Below, one piece after another: positions 1 to 8,513 of a stretch of DNA of 44,895 nucleotides. A program made the position numbers and the translations under genes. The notes under the pieces were generated by a model. It saw only the letters and a program-made list of their open reading frames with translations, did not search any database and was not told where the DNA came from. Origin of the DNA: a virus (lineage: Duplodnaviria; Heunggongvirae; Uroviricota; Caudoviricetes); the IMG/VR virus record IMGVR_UViG_2851982317_000005; one strand, written 5' to 3'. The stretch's first letter is position 1. Each line of letters starts with the position of its first letter.

Positions 1-1131
1 TCAAATGACCAGTTTTTTCCACTCCTTACCGCGTACATCGTTGTAAATATCGGTCATTTTTTGATTCGAATGACCTAGCAAAATTTTGGTATCAACCCCC
101 TGCTCTCTGAACAATCGCTCTGATAAAGATCTCTGCTCATGGAAAGAGGGTGGGGTGCCATTAGCACGCCAGTTGTAATCCACAGAATCCCGGGCTTTTT
201 TAAATGCAACTGTTAATGTTGCTGGCTTAACCATCCCGCCGCGCTTAGCTGTCCCTTTCGCGTGATGGTGGTGCAATAGCCACGGACTAAGAACACAATC
301 GCGGCAGGATGACACTACATCATCCAGGGTGAGATTTAATTTATCGCAACGCAGAGCCAGAGGGATGGCAATCCGGGTTCCTGTTTTTTGCTGTTCGACA
401 TGAAGATAACCATCCCGGATATCCGAAAATTGCATTTTGCAAATATCTGAAAGGCGCTGGCCTGTCATCAGTGCCAGCAGCATACCGCGCTGTAAAAAGT
501 AACCATCCTTTTCCGCTGCGTTATAAATCATCATCCACTCATCAAAAGTCAGTCGCTGTCTTGATATCCGCACCTGCGGTTTTTTTGCCGATTCTGCAGG
601 GTTAAAGCCTGGCGGGACATCGCCCGTTTGCTGAGCTTCCCGGAAAACATCGATCAGTACCTTCCTGAAAATTTGTCCCATTCTGTTATGTCCTCTGGCC
701 TTGTACTCTTCCAGTACTGATACCACATCTTTTACGGTTATGGCATCTAACGGTCTGGTGCCAAAACGTTCATCAAATACCCTGAGAGGGGCCGCTTTCT
801 GTTTCAGCGTGTTGAGTTTGATCTCGCCGTTTTCATATCTTTCCTGTTGAATTTTTCTGTAATTATTCAGAAAAATGGTAACGGTTGATGAACCGCCGGT
901 ATCACTAATAATTTTCTCCTGCAGACTGAGCATTTGTTCCATTTGCTGCCGGGCAAGACGGCTGTTCGCTTCTGCTGCAATAGTTTCTGCCAGTTTCTGG
1001 TCAATACTGCCGAGACCGTGATTTTTGCCTGTTATGGGATGCCTGTAACGCCAGTAAACTTTGTTATTTCTTTTGTCAAAATACGGAGATAATCCCGGAA
1101 CATTGGTTTTATATTTTCGCGGGCGCGCCAT
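1..1131 (-). CDS. int: Tyrosine recombinase / phage integrase (lambda family), complete
   Basis: 376-aa ORF with typical lambda-family integrase N-terminus (MARPRKYKT...YWRYRHPITGK) and C-terminal catalytic region; stop codon sits at window positions 1-3; followed upstream by xis-like gene. Confidence 0.9.
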   Translation of the reverse strand: MARPRKYKTNVPGLSPYFDKRNNKVYWRYRHPITGKNHGLGSIDQKLAETIAAEANSRLARQQMEQMLSLQEKIISDTGGSSTVTIFLNNYRKIQQERYENGEIKLNTLKQKAAPLRVFDERFGTRPLDAITVKDVVSVLEEYKARGHNRMGQIFRKVLIDVFREAQQTGDVPPGFNPAESAKKPQVRISRQRLTFDEWMMIYNAAEKDGYFLQRGMLLALMTGQRLSDICKMQFSDIRDGYLHVEQQKTGTRIAIPLALRCDKLNLTLDDVVSSCRDCVLSPWLLHHHHAKGTAKRGGMVKPATLTVAFKKARDSVDYNWRANGTPPSFHEQRSLSERLFREQGVDTKILLGHSNQKMTDIYNDVRGKEWKKLVI

Positions 1132-1357
1132 CTTCCAGTATCCTCTTCAAAGCAGGGTGATCTGTGGCGATCACCTCCGGCTTGTTTACCATTCCGACAA
1201 AGCGAGCTTGCGGATCCACTCGCCAGCGTCTTCCAACTTTTTTGGGGAGAGGAAATATCATTCCGGCTTTAGCGTATTTACTTAACGTACTCGGAGTTGG
1301 GACCGGTTCACTGAATTCCTCTTTTGCCCACTCAGTGAGCAGAATAAGTCTTGCCAT
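1109..1357 (-). CDS. xis: Excisionase-like small DNA-binding protein
   Basis: 82-aa basic ORF immediately upstream of and overlapping int start, the position of excisionase in lambdoid phages; true start may be internal. Confidence 0.6.
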   Translation of the reverse strand: MARLILLTEWAKEEFSEPVPTPSTLSKYAKAGMIFPLPKKVGRRWRVDPQARFVGMVNKPEVIATDHPALKRILEDGAPAKI

Positions 1358-1421
1358 GAGCGTCGTTCGCTAATCATGGTCGCCGCCACTATAGCTGGTG
1401 GGCAACGACCGGGGTTGAACA

Positions 1422-3893
1422 TTAAAAATCAGCCTGATTCGGGATCAGTTTTTGCCAGATAACTGAAACGTATTTTGCCTGGTAACGGGCGTCATCAAGT
1501 GCATTATGGCGCTCACCTTCGAATGGAATAGCCGTTCTGGCATCGAAGTCTATGGCTTTCCCCAGCTCAACGATTGTGCGTACATCGCGATCGTTGTAGT
1601 AACGCCACGGGCAGGGGATCCCCTGCCGTTCGTATGAACGGCGCAAAATCGTGTTGTCGAAGTTGGCTCCATTTCCCCAGACCTGAACAAAAAATTCACC
1701 GGAGTTTTCGTCGATAAATTCCCGCAATTGTAACAGTGCATCATCTAACGGGATTTCATCGGTCATAATGGCAGACTGCGCTTCACGTGATTGCTTCAGC
1801 CACCTTTTAATGACGTCACGATCAATGACTCCGCCAGCAGTTTCCAGATCGATAGTCTTACTAAATTCCGGTCCCATATCTCCGGTTTGCGGATCGAAAA
1901 ATATTGCACCTATTGAGATAATCGGAGCATCAGGATTTTTTCCCATGGTTTCAAGGTCGATCATTAGATGGTCACACGTCCTGCTGGTGGATGTGATAAC
2001 GTGATGACCGTTCATCGTAATTAAGGGATCTGCCGTCTCGCCAGTTTCACTATCGCTGGCGTGATCCTGAGCGCTACCAGCATTCTCCTTGTGTGGATGT
2101 TCAGCGCCTTCCATTTCCTTCGGATCATTTTCCTGAACTTCAACCTGATTCTCTTCATCGAATGTTTCCTGGTATGTTGCGTCACCCATCACCGCGCCAC
2201 AATCAGGGCAGTTGCCGCCACCGCTTTGACCGCAGGCGGTGCAGACTTTTTCCGGTTCCTGTTGCGCTACTGGCTCAGGTTGTTTCGTTTCTGGCTCGTT
2301 TTGTTGCGTATTTGGGCTGTTTTGTTCCGCTTTCTGGTCGTTCTGTTCCGATTCTTGCTGGTTCTGGTTTACAGAATCGCGGGTTTCAATCCCCTTTACC
2401 CATTTCGGATCATTCGGGTCGCTAATCCCTGCAACAAATTCTCCGCGAGAGGCAGCAAGCAACTTATCGGCGTCAGGCTGGCTGATATTGGCTGCCTGCA
2501 TAATTTTGTTTACTTCGTCAGCGGTAACTTTTACCGGCTCTGGTTGTGCGGTCGTGTCAGATGCACCAGTATTTTGTTGTGAACCTGAGTACGTGCCGTT
2601 TTTACGTGCGAAGTATTCCTCTTTTGTGATTTCCGTAGCTCCCAAGGCTAGTGCTTTTTCCAGACCAGAAAGTTTGTTTGCGCGACCGTATTTTTCGCCA
2701 TCCTTGTCGGTGAAGAGGAAGTAGAACGGCCCTTCACGCTCTACAGATGGTTCGACTTCCACTTTGCATTCGGTTTTTTCGTTGTCCGGAATTGCCGTTT
2801 CCACTGCATCAGTTTCTGGTACTGGCGACGAGAGAGTATCAGTTGCGCTCTGATTTCTTCCTTCATCTTCAAACACGCCCTTTGTAGTCAGGTATTCAGT
2901 AATGTATTTGTTCAGTGCCACAGGGTCTTTGTGAATGTCGATCGGACGTTCACGGACAAGGCCAAAAATAGTCTGGCGGTCGTAGCGAAGGGCATCAGGC
3001 TGTTTGCGCATTGATGCCGAGATACGCTTCCAGTCTTCGCGATCGTTGTCGATAACTTCATTTTTTGCCCAGCGATGGATGCTGCCGTCAATGTTTCCGG
3101 CATCCACATCACCAGGCCAGAGAGCGTAGGCCAGTTCGTCATCCAGTGTTTTCCATGTCTGCTTGTATTCGCGATGAGTGGCAGCAATGACCGGGCTGAT
3201 TTTTCCTGTTGAATTTTCAGTGTTCTGTTGATTGGCTCTGGCGCGGGCGAGATCAACAACAGACGTGTATTTTCCGGTTTCCTTGCGTTCACCTTCGCGA
3301 CGTTTTTTCCAGATGCGCATCTCTGCCTGAATTTCGGGCCATTTGGCACCAGGCTTACATTTATGCTTAACCCACCCGATGGCATGCAGCTTAAGCTCCG
3401 GATACATGGCGTTAACTTCTGACATTTTCATCAACGCTTCAACGATATGTCCGTCGAATGTTGCCATGTCTTCCTGCAACAATTCCTGCGCGCTAATCAC
3501 CATATCAACGGTGATGTTTTCACATGTGTCGAACTTAACCATGACAGCGTTCTGTACTTCAGGGGCTAGGTTGTCAAAAGTGACGTTCATCGGATCGGAT
3601 TCAGTCTCGACCGGGACAAAGGAAGCAGACGCCTCATCCCAGCGGTTTTCCTGCATATATTCAGCATCCCAGGAATCGAGGGCAGGGCGGGGTATACCGG
3701 GTTTATCCTCGCAAACAAGAAATTTATAAGCGCAGTCCTGAACAGCCGGATAATGTTCCAGGAATTGCCAGTGAAATTTTGCGCGGGCGCGACGTTCATC
3801 ACCGGCTTCAATGGCAGTGGCTACAGCGACGGCACCTTCTTCCTTTATTGCCTGTTCGTCCGGAATGGCGGCGCAAATAAAGACTTTACTCAT
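1422..3893 (-). CDS. Large early-left protein with C-terminal DnaQ-like (DEDDh) 3'-5' exonuclease domain and CxxC...CxxC zinc ribbon; YdfE-like, often annotated exodeoxyribonuclease VIII-like
   Basis: 823-aa ORF; C-terminal region shows Exo I-like motif (IDLETMG) and Exo III-like motif (HNALDDARY); zinc ribbon CTACGQSGGGNCPDCG; Q/E/N/P-rich low-complexity linker; position downstream of dicB/ydfD as in Qin prophage. Confidence 0.7.
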   Translation of the reverse strand: MSKVFICAAIPDEQAIKEEGAVAVATAIEAGDERRARAKFHWQFLEHYPAVQDCAYKFLVCEDKPGIPRPALDSWDAEYMQENRWDEASASFVPVETESDPMNVTFDNLAPEVQNAVMVKFDTCENITVDMVISAQELLQEDMATFDGHIVEALMKMSEVNAMYPELKLHAIGWVKHKCKPGAKWPEIQAEMRIWKKRREGERKETGKYTSVVDLARARANQQNTENSTGKISPVIAATHREYKQTWKTLDDELAYALWPGDVDAGNIDGSIHRWAKNEVIDNDREDWKRISASMRKQPDALRYDRQTIFGLVRERPIDIHKDPVALNKYITEYLTTKGVFEDEGRNQSATDTLSSPVPETDAVETAIPDNEKTECKVEVEPSVEREGPFYFLFTDKDGEKYGRANKLSGLEKALALGATEITKEEYFARKNGTYSGSQQNTGASDTTAQPEPVKVTADEVNKIMQAANISQPDADKLLAASRGEFVAGISDPNDPKWVKGIETRDSVNQNQQESEQNDQKAEQNSPNTQQNEPETKQPEPVAQQEPEKVCTACGQSGGGNCPDCGAVMGDATYQETFDEENQVEVQENDPKEMEGAEHPHKENAGSAQDHASDSETGETADPLITMNGHHVITSTSRTCDHLMIDLETMGKNPDAPIISIGAIFFDPQTGDMGPEFSKTIDLETAGGVIDRDVIKRWLKQSREAQSAIMTDEIPLDDALLQLREFIDENSGEFFVQVWGNGANFDNTILRRSYERQGIPCPWRYYNDRDVRTIVELGKAIDFDARTAIPFEGERHNALDDARYQAKYVSVIWQKLIPNQADF

Positions 3894-3985
3894 TTTGTTT
3901 TACCTCATTACAGATTTAAGGGTGAACAAATCCCTGCCATTGCTGGCATATAAGAATGAAATCGGATGTTTATTACGGAACTGTT

Positions 3986-4177
3986 TTAAAGACCTGCCGG
4001 GATTTCGTTATTATCCTGGTGAATAACTTTATCGACCGGGTAACAGTTACCGGGAATTTTCTGTTCGGTTGCTGCAGTCACACACTCCTGCATTGTCCTG
4101 TGAACACTGACTGCAATATCAACTGGCTCTCCGGAAACAAGAAAAACTGTCAGAACAAGTGCAAATGCTGTATTCAT
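3986..4177 (-). CDS. ydfD: YdfD-like small lysis/membrane protein (Qin family)
   Basis: 63-aa product MNTAFALVLTVFLVSGEPVDIAVSVHRTMQEC... with N-terminal hydrophobic segment; recalled similarity to Qin YdfD; start directly follows the dicB stop. Confidence 0.6.
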   Translation of the reverse strand: MNTAFALVLTVFLVSGEPVDIAVSVHRTMQECVTAATEQKIPGNCYPVDKVIHQDNNEIPAGL

Positions 4178-4362
4178 TGCCAGCATCCTTTTTGTATCGG
4201 ACGTAAACGGGCCAACATTGAAAGAATGCATATTTTATTTAATAGCTTCCGTTCGTGTTTTCTCTTGTTAATGGCATCTTCAGTAAATACAGGGTTACTG
4301 ATAGTGACACCAATTTCAAAACAACCTTCAGACGTATTAACGTTTGGTAATAACGTTTCCAT
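4174..4362 (-). CDS. dicB: Cell division inhibitor DicB
   Basis: 62-aa product METLLPNVNTSEGCFEIGVTISNPVFTEDAINKRK... matches recalled DicB sequence; located just downstream of DicF as in the Qin dicB operon. Confidence 0.75.
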   Translation of the reverse strand: METLLPNVNTSEGCFEIGVTISNPVFTEDAINKRKHERKLLNKICILSMLARLRPIQKGCWQ

Positions 4363-4531
4363 TATCGCGTCCTCAACAATGAATTTTGTGATGCGGTGCC
4401 TGGTGCCTCCAGGTGACGTTAACCAGTTAACAATTAACGCCGGATACAGAGAATCCACCCATAACACTGTTTTTGGTTTTAACTGTTCCGCGTGCGCTCA
4501 GCCGCATTCACCGCATCACAAAATTCACTTT

Positions 4532-4589
4532 AAAAAGGGCGGCAGAGCAGTCACGGAGTAAAACTGATACCGCCAAACGTCACCAGAAA
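4532..4589 (-). ncRNA. dicF: DicF small regulatory RNA (ftsZ-targeting sRNA of the dicB operon)
   Basis: Minus-strand sequence TTTCTGGTGACGTTTGGCGGTATCAGTTTTACTCCGTGACTGCTCTGCCGCCCTTTTT matches recalled DicF including 3' stem and U-run; sits between ydfC and dicB. Confidence 0.7.
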
Positions 4590-4901
4590 ATTGATAACAG
4601 AGGGCGTTGCAGCGGGGTTGTCACTTAAGCGTATGGTCAACCTGACAACCCGGTGTCCTCAACGGGGGAAGGAATAACCCCGCCATACTTACCGCCGCAC
4701 CATTTCGCGGATTGCCACAACCGGAAGCGCACGGTCGACGAAAATTTAACGACAGGCTATCTATGAACCAGCTACCTCGCCGTGCGCTTTCGCGTTATGG
4801 TCTGACTTTGCAGGGAAATATCCTTTCAGTAAACTGTCTGTGCCGGATGCTCACCCGTGGAGAACTCCTTACTTACCAACCTTAGCTTCGTTGGTTAGCT
4901 A

Positions 4902-5120
4902 TTAACGCGGGTATGTAATCATTCTGGCAATGCTTAATGCCGCTGCTTTTTCCAGATTAGTGATATCCTGCTCCAGAGCGGACAGATTTTCAGCCTGCTT
5001 AGCCCTGGCTTCATTGGCCCATTTCAGATCCTGCGCTGCATTAATTTTCTGGTACGTCCACTCATAAAGTTCATCATCGGTATAGTCTGGCGCGATGATG
5101 ACGGGTTCTCGTTTCTGCAT
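4902..5120 (-). CDS. ydfC: YdfC-like small protein (dicB operon)
   Basis: 72-aa ORF in the expected position and size for Qin ydfC. Confidence 0.5.
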   Translation of the reverse strand: MQKREPVIIAPDYTDDELYEWTYQKINAAQDLKWANEARAKQAENLSALEQDITNLEKAAALSIARMITYPR

Positions 5121-5149
5121 ACTGATTCCTCGCGGTGCTGTTTCGCTTA

Positions 5150-5278
5150 TCAGCCGTTAGATTTTGCCGAACTGGAAAGCGCCTGTTTAAATTCGTTGAA
5201 GCTGAGAGCTTCTTCGCCTTCGGCAAGACCTTCGAAGTATTCTTCGTAAGCCTTTTCCATGATTGTGTCGAAATCCAT
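5150..5278 (-). CDS. ydfB: YdfB-like small acidic protein (42 aa)
   Basis: Manually translated 42-aa ORF MDFDTIMEKAYEEYFEGLAEGEEALSFNEFKQALSSSAKSNG, below the 60-aa cutoff of the ORF track; size and position match Qin ydfB. Confidence 0.5.
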   Translation of the reverse strand: MDFDTIMEKAYEEYFEGLAEGEEALSFNEFKQALSSSAKSNG

Positions 5279-5279
5279 A

Positions 5280-5435
5280 TCACTCACCTGAGTTTCTTTC
5301 CAGCCAGCGACGGGCACCATTTTCGGTTTTAAACGTTTTGCTTTTGGTATACGTCATCGCGGTGAACGTACCGTCCTGGTTGGGGAACACGCCACATACC
5401 AGAGATTCGCTGTTGCCAAGATCGATAGTATCCAT
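5280..5435 (-). CDS. ydfA: YdfA-like small protein (51 aa)
   Basis: Internal Met MDTIDLGNSESLVCGVF... preceded by GAGG ribosome-binding site; first gene of the leftward operon. Confidence 0.5.
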   Translation of the reverse strand: MDTIDLGNSESLVCGVFPNQDGTFTAMTYTKSKTFKTENGARRWLERNSGE

Positions 5436-5616
5436 GCTGACCTCATTTCCCCTTAACGCCGGGGTAGCGGAACAAAAACCTGCTGCATAGTTATTAAAGT
5501 TGAACCCTGCCGTCATGTTCTTACGCCTCGGGCTGGCTACTTAACCCCTGACCACTGCCTGGTAACTCGAAGTATTGCCCTGCATTCTGTGGGGCGGGGT
5601 GGGTGGCAGGTATATA

Positions 5617-5657
5617 ATGTACTTTGTGTTCATTGTTGTAAAGTACATTTAGTACAT
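5617..5657. promoter_or_regulatory. Candidate left operator/promoter region with three ATGTACT/AGTACAT half-sites
   Basis: 7-mer ATGTACT at 5617-5623 and its reverse complement at 5642-5648 and 5651-5657, next to a TATAAT-like hexamer, between ydfA and the repressor gene. Confidence 0.4.
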
Positions 5658-5732
5658 TTTGTGTGTAAAAAAATGAGATGGGATAAAGTGAAGCACAAAC
5701 CCGGAGGAAGGCGCTACCGGATTTATGCTGGT

Positions 5733-6152
5733 TTAAGAGGCTTTTTGTTTTTTCTTTCGTGCTAACTCTTCGTAAATTGCATTGTACTTCTGTTTTTTCT
5801 CTTCAAGAGTTTTTAAAAGTTCATCTGTCTCACTGTCAGGGAGCTCGTCCAGAAGGTCAATGATGATTTTTTGTCTTGGATTTAACTCCTGATAGAAACG
5901 TACCTGTCCACTTTCTTCTGTGTCCTCTCCCAAAAGATAGGTTGGTGTTGTTCCTATTAGTGTTGCTAATTCCCTTAATTTCTCCCGGCGAGGAATTGTT
6001 TCGCCATTAAACCATTTGCTAACCGCTTTTGGTGTTAATTTCATTCGACGGGCAATTTCTGCCTGCCTTCCATGTTGTTCATAACCAGCGTTTTCACAGG
6101 CTAGCGCAAGCCTACTGGCGAACTCTTTACGCGCTTTATCTTCATGAACCAT
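5733..6152 (-). CDS. Prophage repressor, XRE-family helix-turn-helix (CI/RacR/DicA-like, no peptidase domain)
   Basis: 139-aa ORF with HTH-like segment (QAEIARRMKLTPKAVSKWFNGETIP); divergent from Cro-like gene. Confidence 0.7.
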   Translation of the reverse strand: MVHEDKARKEFASRLALACENAGYEQHGRQAEIARRMKLTPKAVSKWFNGETIPRREKLRELATLIGTTPTYLLGEDTEESGQVRFYQELNPRQKIIIDLLDELPDSETDELLKTLEEKKQKYNAIYEELARKKKQKAS

Positions 6153-6176
6153 AAGTTCAATGATATTCGCTCTTGA

Positions 6177-6207
6177 ATGTACTGTCAGTTCTGTTATAGC
6201 ATGTACT
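6177..6207. promoter_or_regulatory. Candidate right operator region: two direct ATGTACT repeats
   Basis: ATGTACT at 6177-6183 and 6201-6207 in the 80-bp divergent intergenic region; same 7-mer as the left-side sites. Confidence 0.4.
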
Positions 6208-6231
6208 CAAAGTTCACATTGTGAGGGTGAT

Positions 6232-6486
6232 ATGAACCAGAAAACACTTGAAGATGTAATCAAAACTGTTCGCGTTGCTGTTGTGGCCGACGTTTGTGGT
6301 GTCAGCCAAAGAGCAATCTATAAATGGATGGATAACGGAAAATTGCCTCGCACAGAATATACCGGCGAAACAAATTACGCTGAAAAAATCGCTCTTGCAT
6401 CAAACGGATTATTTTCTGCCGATGCAATTTTAACTATTGGCAGGAATAAAACTACTACGAAAAAGCTGATGGGAGTTGATTCATGA
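6232..6486 (+). CDS. Cro/YdaS-like small HTH regulator
   Basis: Start at internal Met MNQKTLEDVIKTV...; HTH-like VADVCGVSQRAIYKWMDNGKLP; divergent from repressor. Confidence 0.6.
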   Translation: MNQKTLEDVIKTVRVAVVADVCGVSQRAIYKWMDNGKLPRTEYTGETNYAEKIALASNGLFSADAILTIGRNKTTTKKLMGVDS

Positions 6487-6908
6487 AAATCAAGCATGAA
6501 CACATCCGCATGGCGATGAATGCCTGGGCGCATCCGGACGGCGAAAAAGTACCGGCTGCGAAAATTACCAAAGCGTATTTCGAGCTGGGAATGACGTTCC
6601 CGGAACTGTATGACGACAGCCATCCGGAAGCCCTGGCTCGCAATACTCAGAAAATTTTCCGCTGGGTGGAGAAAGACACCCCTGATGCGGTTAAAAAAAT
6701 TCAGGCGTTGTTACCAGCTATCGAAAAAGCAATGCCACCTCTGCTGGTGGCCCGAATGCGCAGTCATAGCTCAGCCTATTTTCGGGAACTAGTGGAGACG
6801 CGGGAACGACTGGTGAGAGACGCTGATGATTTTGTCGCAGTGGCGATCGCTGGTTTCAACCAGATGAATCGTGGTGGCCCTGCAGGAAATATTGTGGCTG
6901 TGCATTGA
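6483..6908 (+). CDS. YdaT-like protein (Rac-type regulatory/toxin-like module partner)
   Basis: 141-aa ORF beginning MKIKHEHI..., overlapping the Cro-like gene stop; size and position as Rac ydaT. Confidence 0.55.
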   Translation: MKIKHEHIRMAMNAWAHPDGEKVPAAKITKAYFELGMTFPELYDDSHPEALARNTQKIFRWVEKDTPDAVKKIQALLPAIEKAMPPLLVARMRSHSSAYFRELVETRERLVRDADDFVAVAIAGFNQMNRGGPAGNIVAVH

Positions 6909-6973
6909 CTCGCAATATTCATACCGGATCGCTTCCGGCAATTTGTGAGTAAAAAGATTCGGTATCAAAAGAG

Positions 6974-8050
6974 GTGAGTATGGCTAACGCCTGGCTCAGA
7001 TTATGGCATGACATGCCAAATGACCCTAAGTGGCGAACAATTGCCAGGGTGTCAGGGCAGCCAATTGCAACAGTGATGGCAGTGTATATCCACCTCCTGG
7101 TGAGCGCGTCACGAAATGTCACGCGAGGTCACATTGAGGTCACGACAGAAGATTTGGCAAGTGCGCTCGACGTGACAGAAGAGGTAATTGATTCAATTTT
7201 GCAGACGATGCAGGGGCGGGTACTTGATGGTGATTTAATCACTGGATGGGAAAAACGCCAGGTGCTTAAAGAGGACAACGGCAATATTTCGCAAACCGCA
7301 AAATCTCCTGCAGAGCGCAAGAGGGCGCAGCGAGAGAGGGAAAGAAAGCGGGAACAAAATGGCGATTGTCACGGCGCGTCACGAAATGTCACGCATATGT
7401 CACGACGAGTCACGACAGATAAAGATACAGATAAAGATACAGATCAAGAAGATCAAAACACTATGGTCCATGGCGTAAAAAACGCCACGAACCAGGCAGG
7501 GGATGTTCAGACCGTCAATCTTGGTCAGCCAGCAGGCACGACACCGGAAGCCGATTCAGCGTATGCGCTGAAAGCCGATTCGGGCGCTGTGCAGCAGGTG
7601 ATGACCGCAAGGCCGGAGCAATCACACCAACTGCAGCAGCCCGAAGCCGATTCCGCCATTCAGCGGGAAGCCGATCGGGTAGTCCCGGAAAACACCGGGC
7701 AGTCTGTGGGACGAGTGGATTATCCGGATGTGTTCGAACAGGTCTGGCGGGAGTACCCGTTGCGTGCCGGAGCAAACCCGAAGAAATCCGCTTTCAGTGC
7801 CTGGAAGGCCAGATTACGCGAGGGGGTGCCACCAGAGGCCATGCTGGATGGCGTGAGGCGTTACGCAAGATACTTGGCGGCTACCGGGAAAACGGGAACG
7901 GAATTTGTTCAGCGAGCGACGACGTTTTTTGGACCGGACCGGAATTTTGAGAACCCCTGGTTGCTCCCGGTAAGCGGCACGAACAACCAGCGTTGTGTGA
8001 ATCATATTTCTGAACCGGATAACGAAATTCCGCCGGGCTTCAGGGGGTAA
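6974..8050 (+). CDS. Replication initiator / replisome organizer (YdaU/O-like) containing internal iteron arrays
   Basis: 358-aa ORF; two clusters of GTCAC(G) repeats inside the coding sequence; C-terminal region typical of phage replication proteins. Confidence 0.55.
   Translation: MSMANAWLRLWHDMPNDPKWRTIARVSGQPIATVMAVYIHLLVSASRNVTRGHIEVTTEDLASALDVTEEVIDSILQTMQGRVLDGDLITGWEKRQVLKEDNGNISQTAKSPAERKRAQRERERKREQNGDCHGASRNVTHMSRRVTTDKDTDKDTDQEDQNTMVHGVKNATNQAGDVQTVNLGQPAGTTPEADSAYALKADSGAVQQVMTARPEQSHQLQQPEADSAIQREADRVVPENTGQSVGRVDYPDVFEQVWREYPLRAGANPKKSAFSAWKARLREGVPPEAMLDGVRRYARYLAATGKTGTEFVQRATTFFGPDRNFENPWLLPVSGTNNQRCVNHISEPDNEIPPGFRG
7106..7150. repeat. Iteron cluster 1 (four GTCAC motifs at about 10-11 bp spacing)
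   Basis: gcgtcacgaaatgtcacgcgaggtcacattgaggtcacgacag read directly. Confidence 0.6.
7365..7445. repeat. Iteron cluster 2 (five GTCACG motifs) plus AT-rich tandem repeat; candidate origin of replication
   Basis: ttgtcacggcgcgtcacgaaatgtcacgcatatgtcacgacgagtcacgacag followed by ataaagatacag x2; the 19-mer gcgtcacgaaatgtcacgc is shared with cluster 1. Confidence 0.6.
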
Positions 8051-8090
8051 GTGTTAATTTCTGGTCATGAGGTAATTTTCAGGAGGGCTT

Positions 8091-8513
8091 GTGGCAAAAG
8101 TTTTTACACAAGAAGAGCGGGAAAAAATTAAAGGGCAGGTTGTTGAACTCGTACGCCAAAGTGGGCGCGAGACGTTACGACAACTGGAAACTAAAACTGG
8201 GGCAACAAGATATCTGATGAGCGTTCTGGCCAGAGAGCTGGTTGCCAGTGGCGATGTATACAACTCTGGTTACGGGTTATTCCCGTCTGAACAGGCGCGT
8301 AAGGACTGGCAAAATGCCCGTAAAAAGCTCTCAAGGGCAAAGCCGAAGAAACCATCTGCGGTTGATCCGGACCTAATCTGGTCATTACCAGACGGAGAAA
8401 TACGCCGCTACGACAGGCGCCTGAATATAATCTGTCGCGAGTGCCGGAAGAGCGAAGCTATGCAGCGTGTACTGGCTTTCTATCAGGGTAATTTTCAGGA
8501 GGCGGTACTGTGA
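8091..8513 (+). CDS. Hypothetical protein, replication/nin-region
   Basis: 140-aa ORF with plausible composition; no Walker A motif, so not a DnaC-like helicase loader. Confidence 0.4.
   Translation: MAKVFTQEEREKIKGQVVELVRQSGRETLRQLETKTGATRYLMSVLARELVASGDVYNSGYGLFPSEQARKDWQNARKKLSRAKPKKPSAVDPDLIWSLPDGEIRRYDRRLNIICRECRKSEAMQRVLAFYQGNFQEAVL

Noticed and set aside
2061-2724. Several plus-strand ORFs (173, 110 and 161 aa)
   Set aside because: Antisense and alternative-frame readings within the 823-aa exonuclease gene, over its low-complexity repeat region
3956-4561. 201-aa Cys-rich plus-strand ORF
   Set aside because: Overlaps ydfD, dicB and the DicF sRNA on the opposite strand; composition looks non-protein-like
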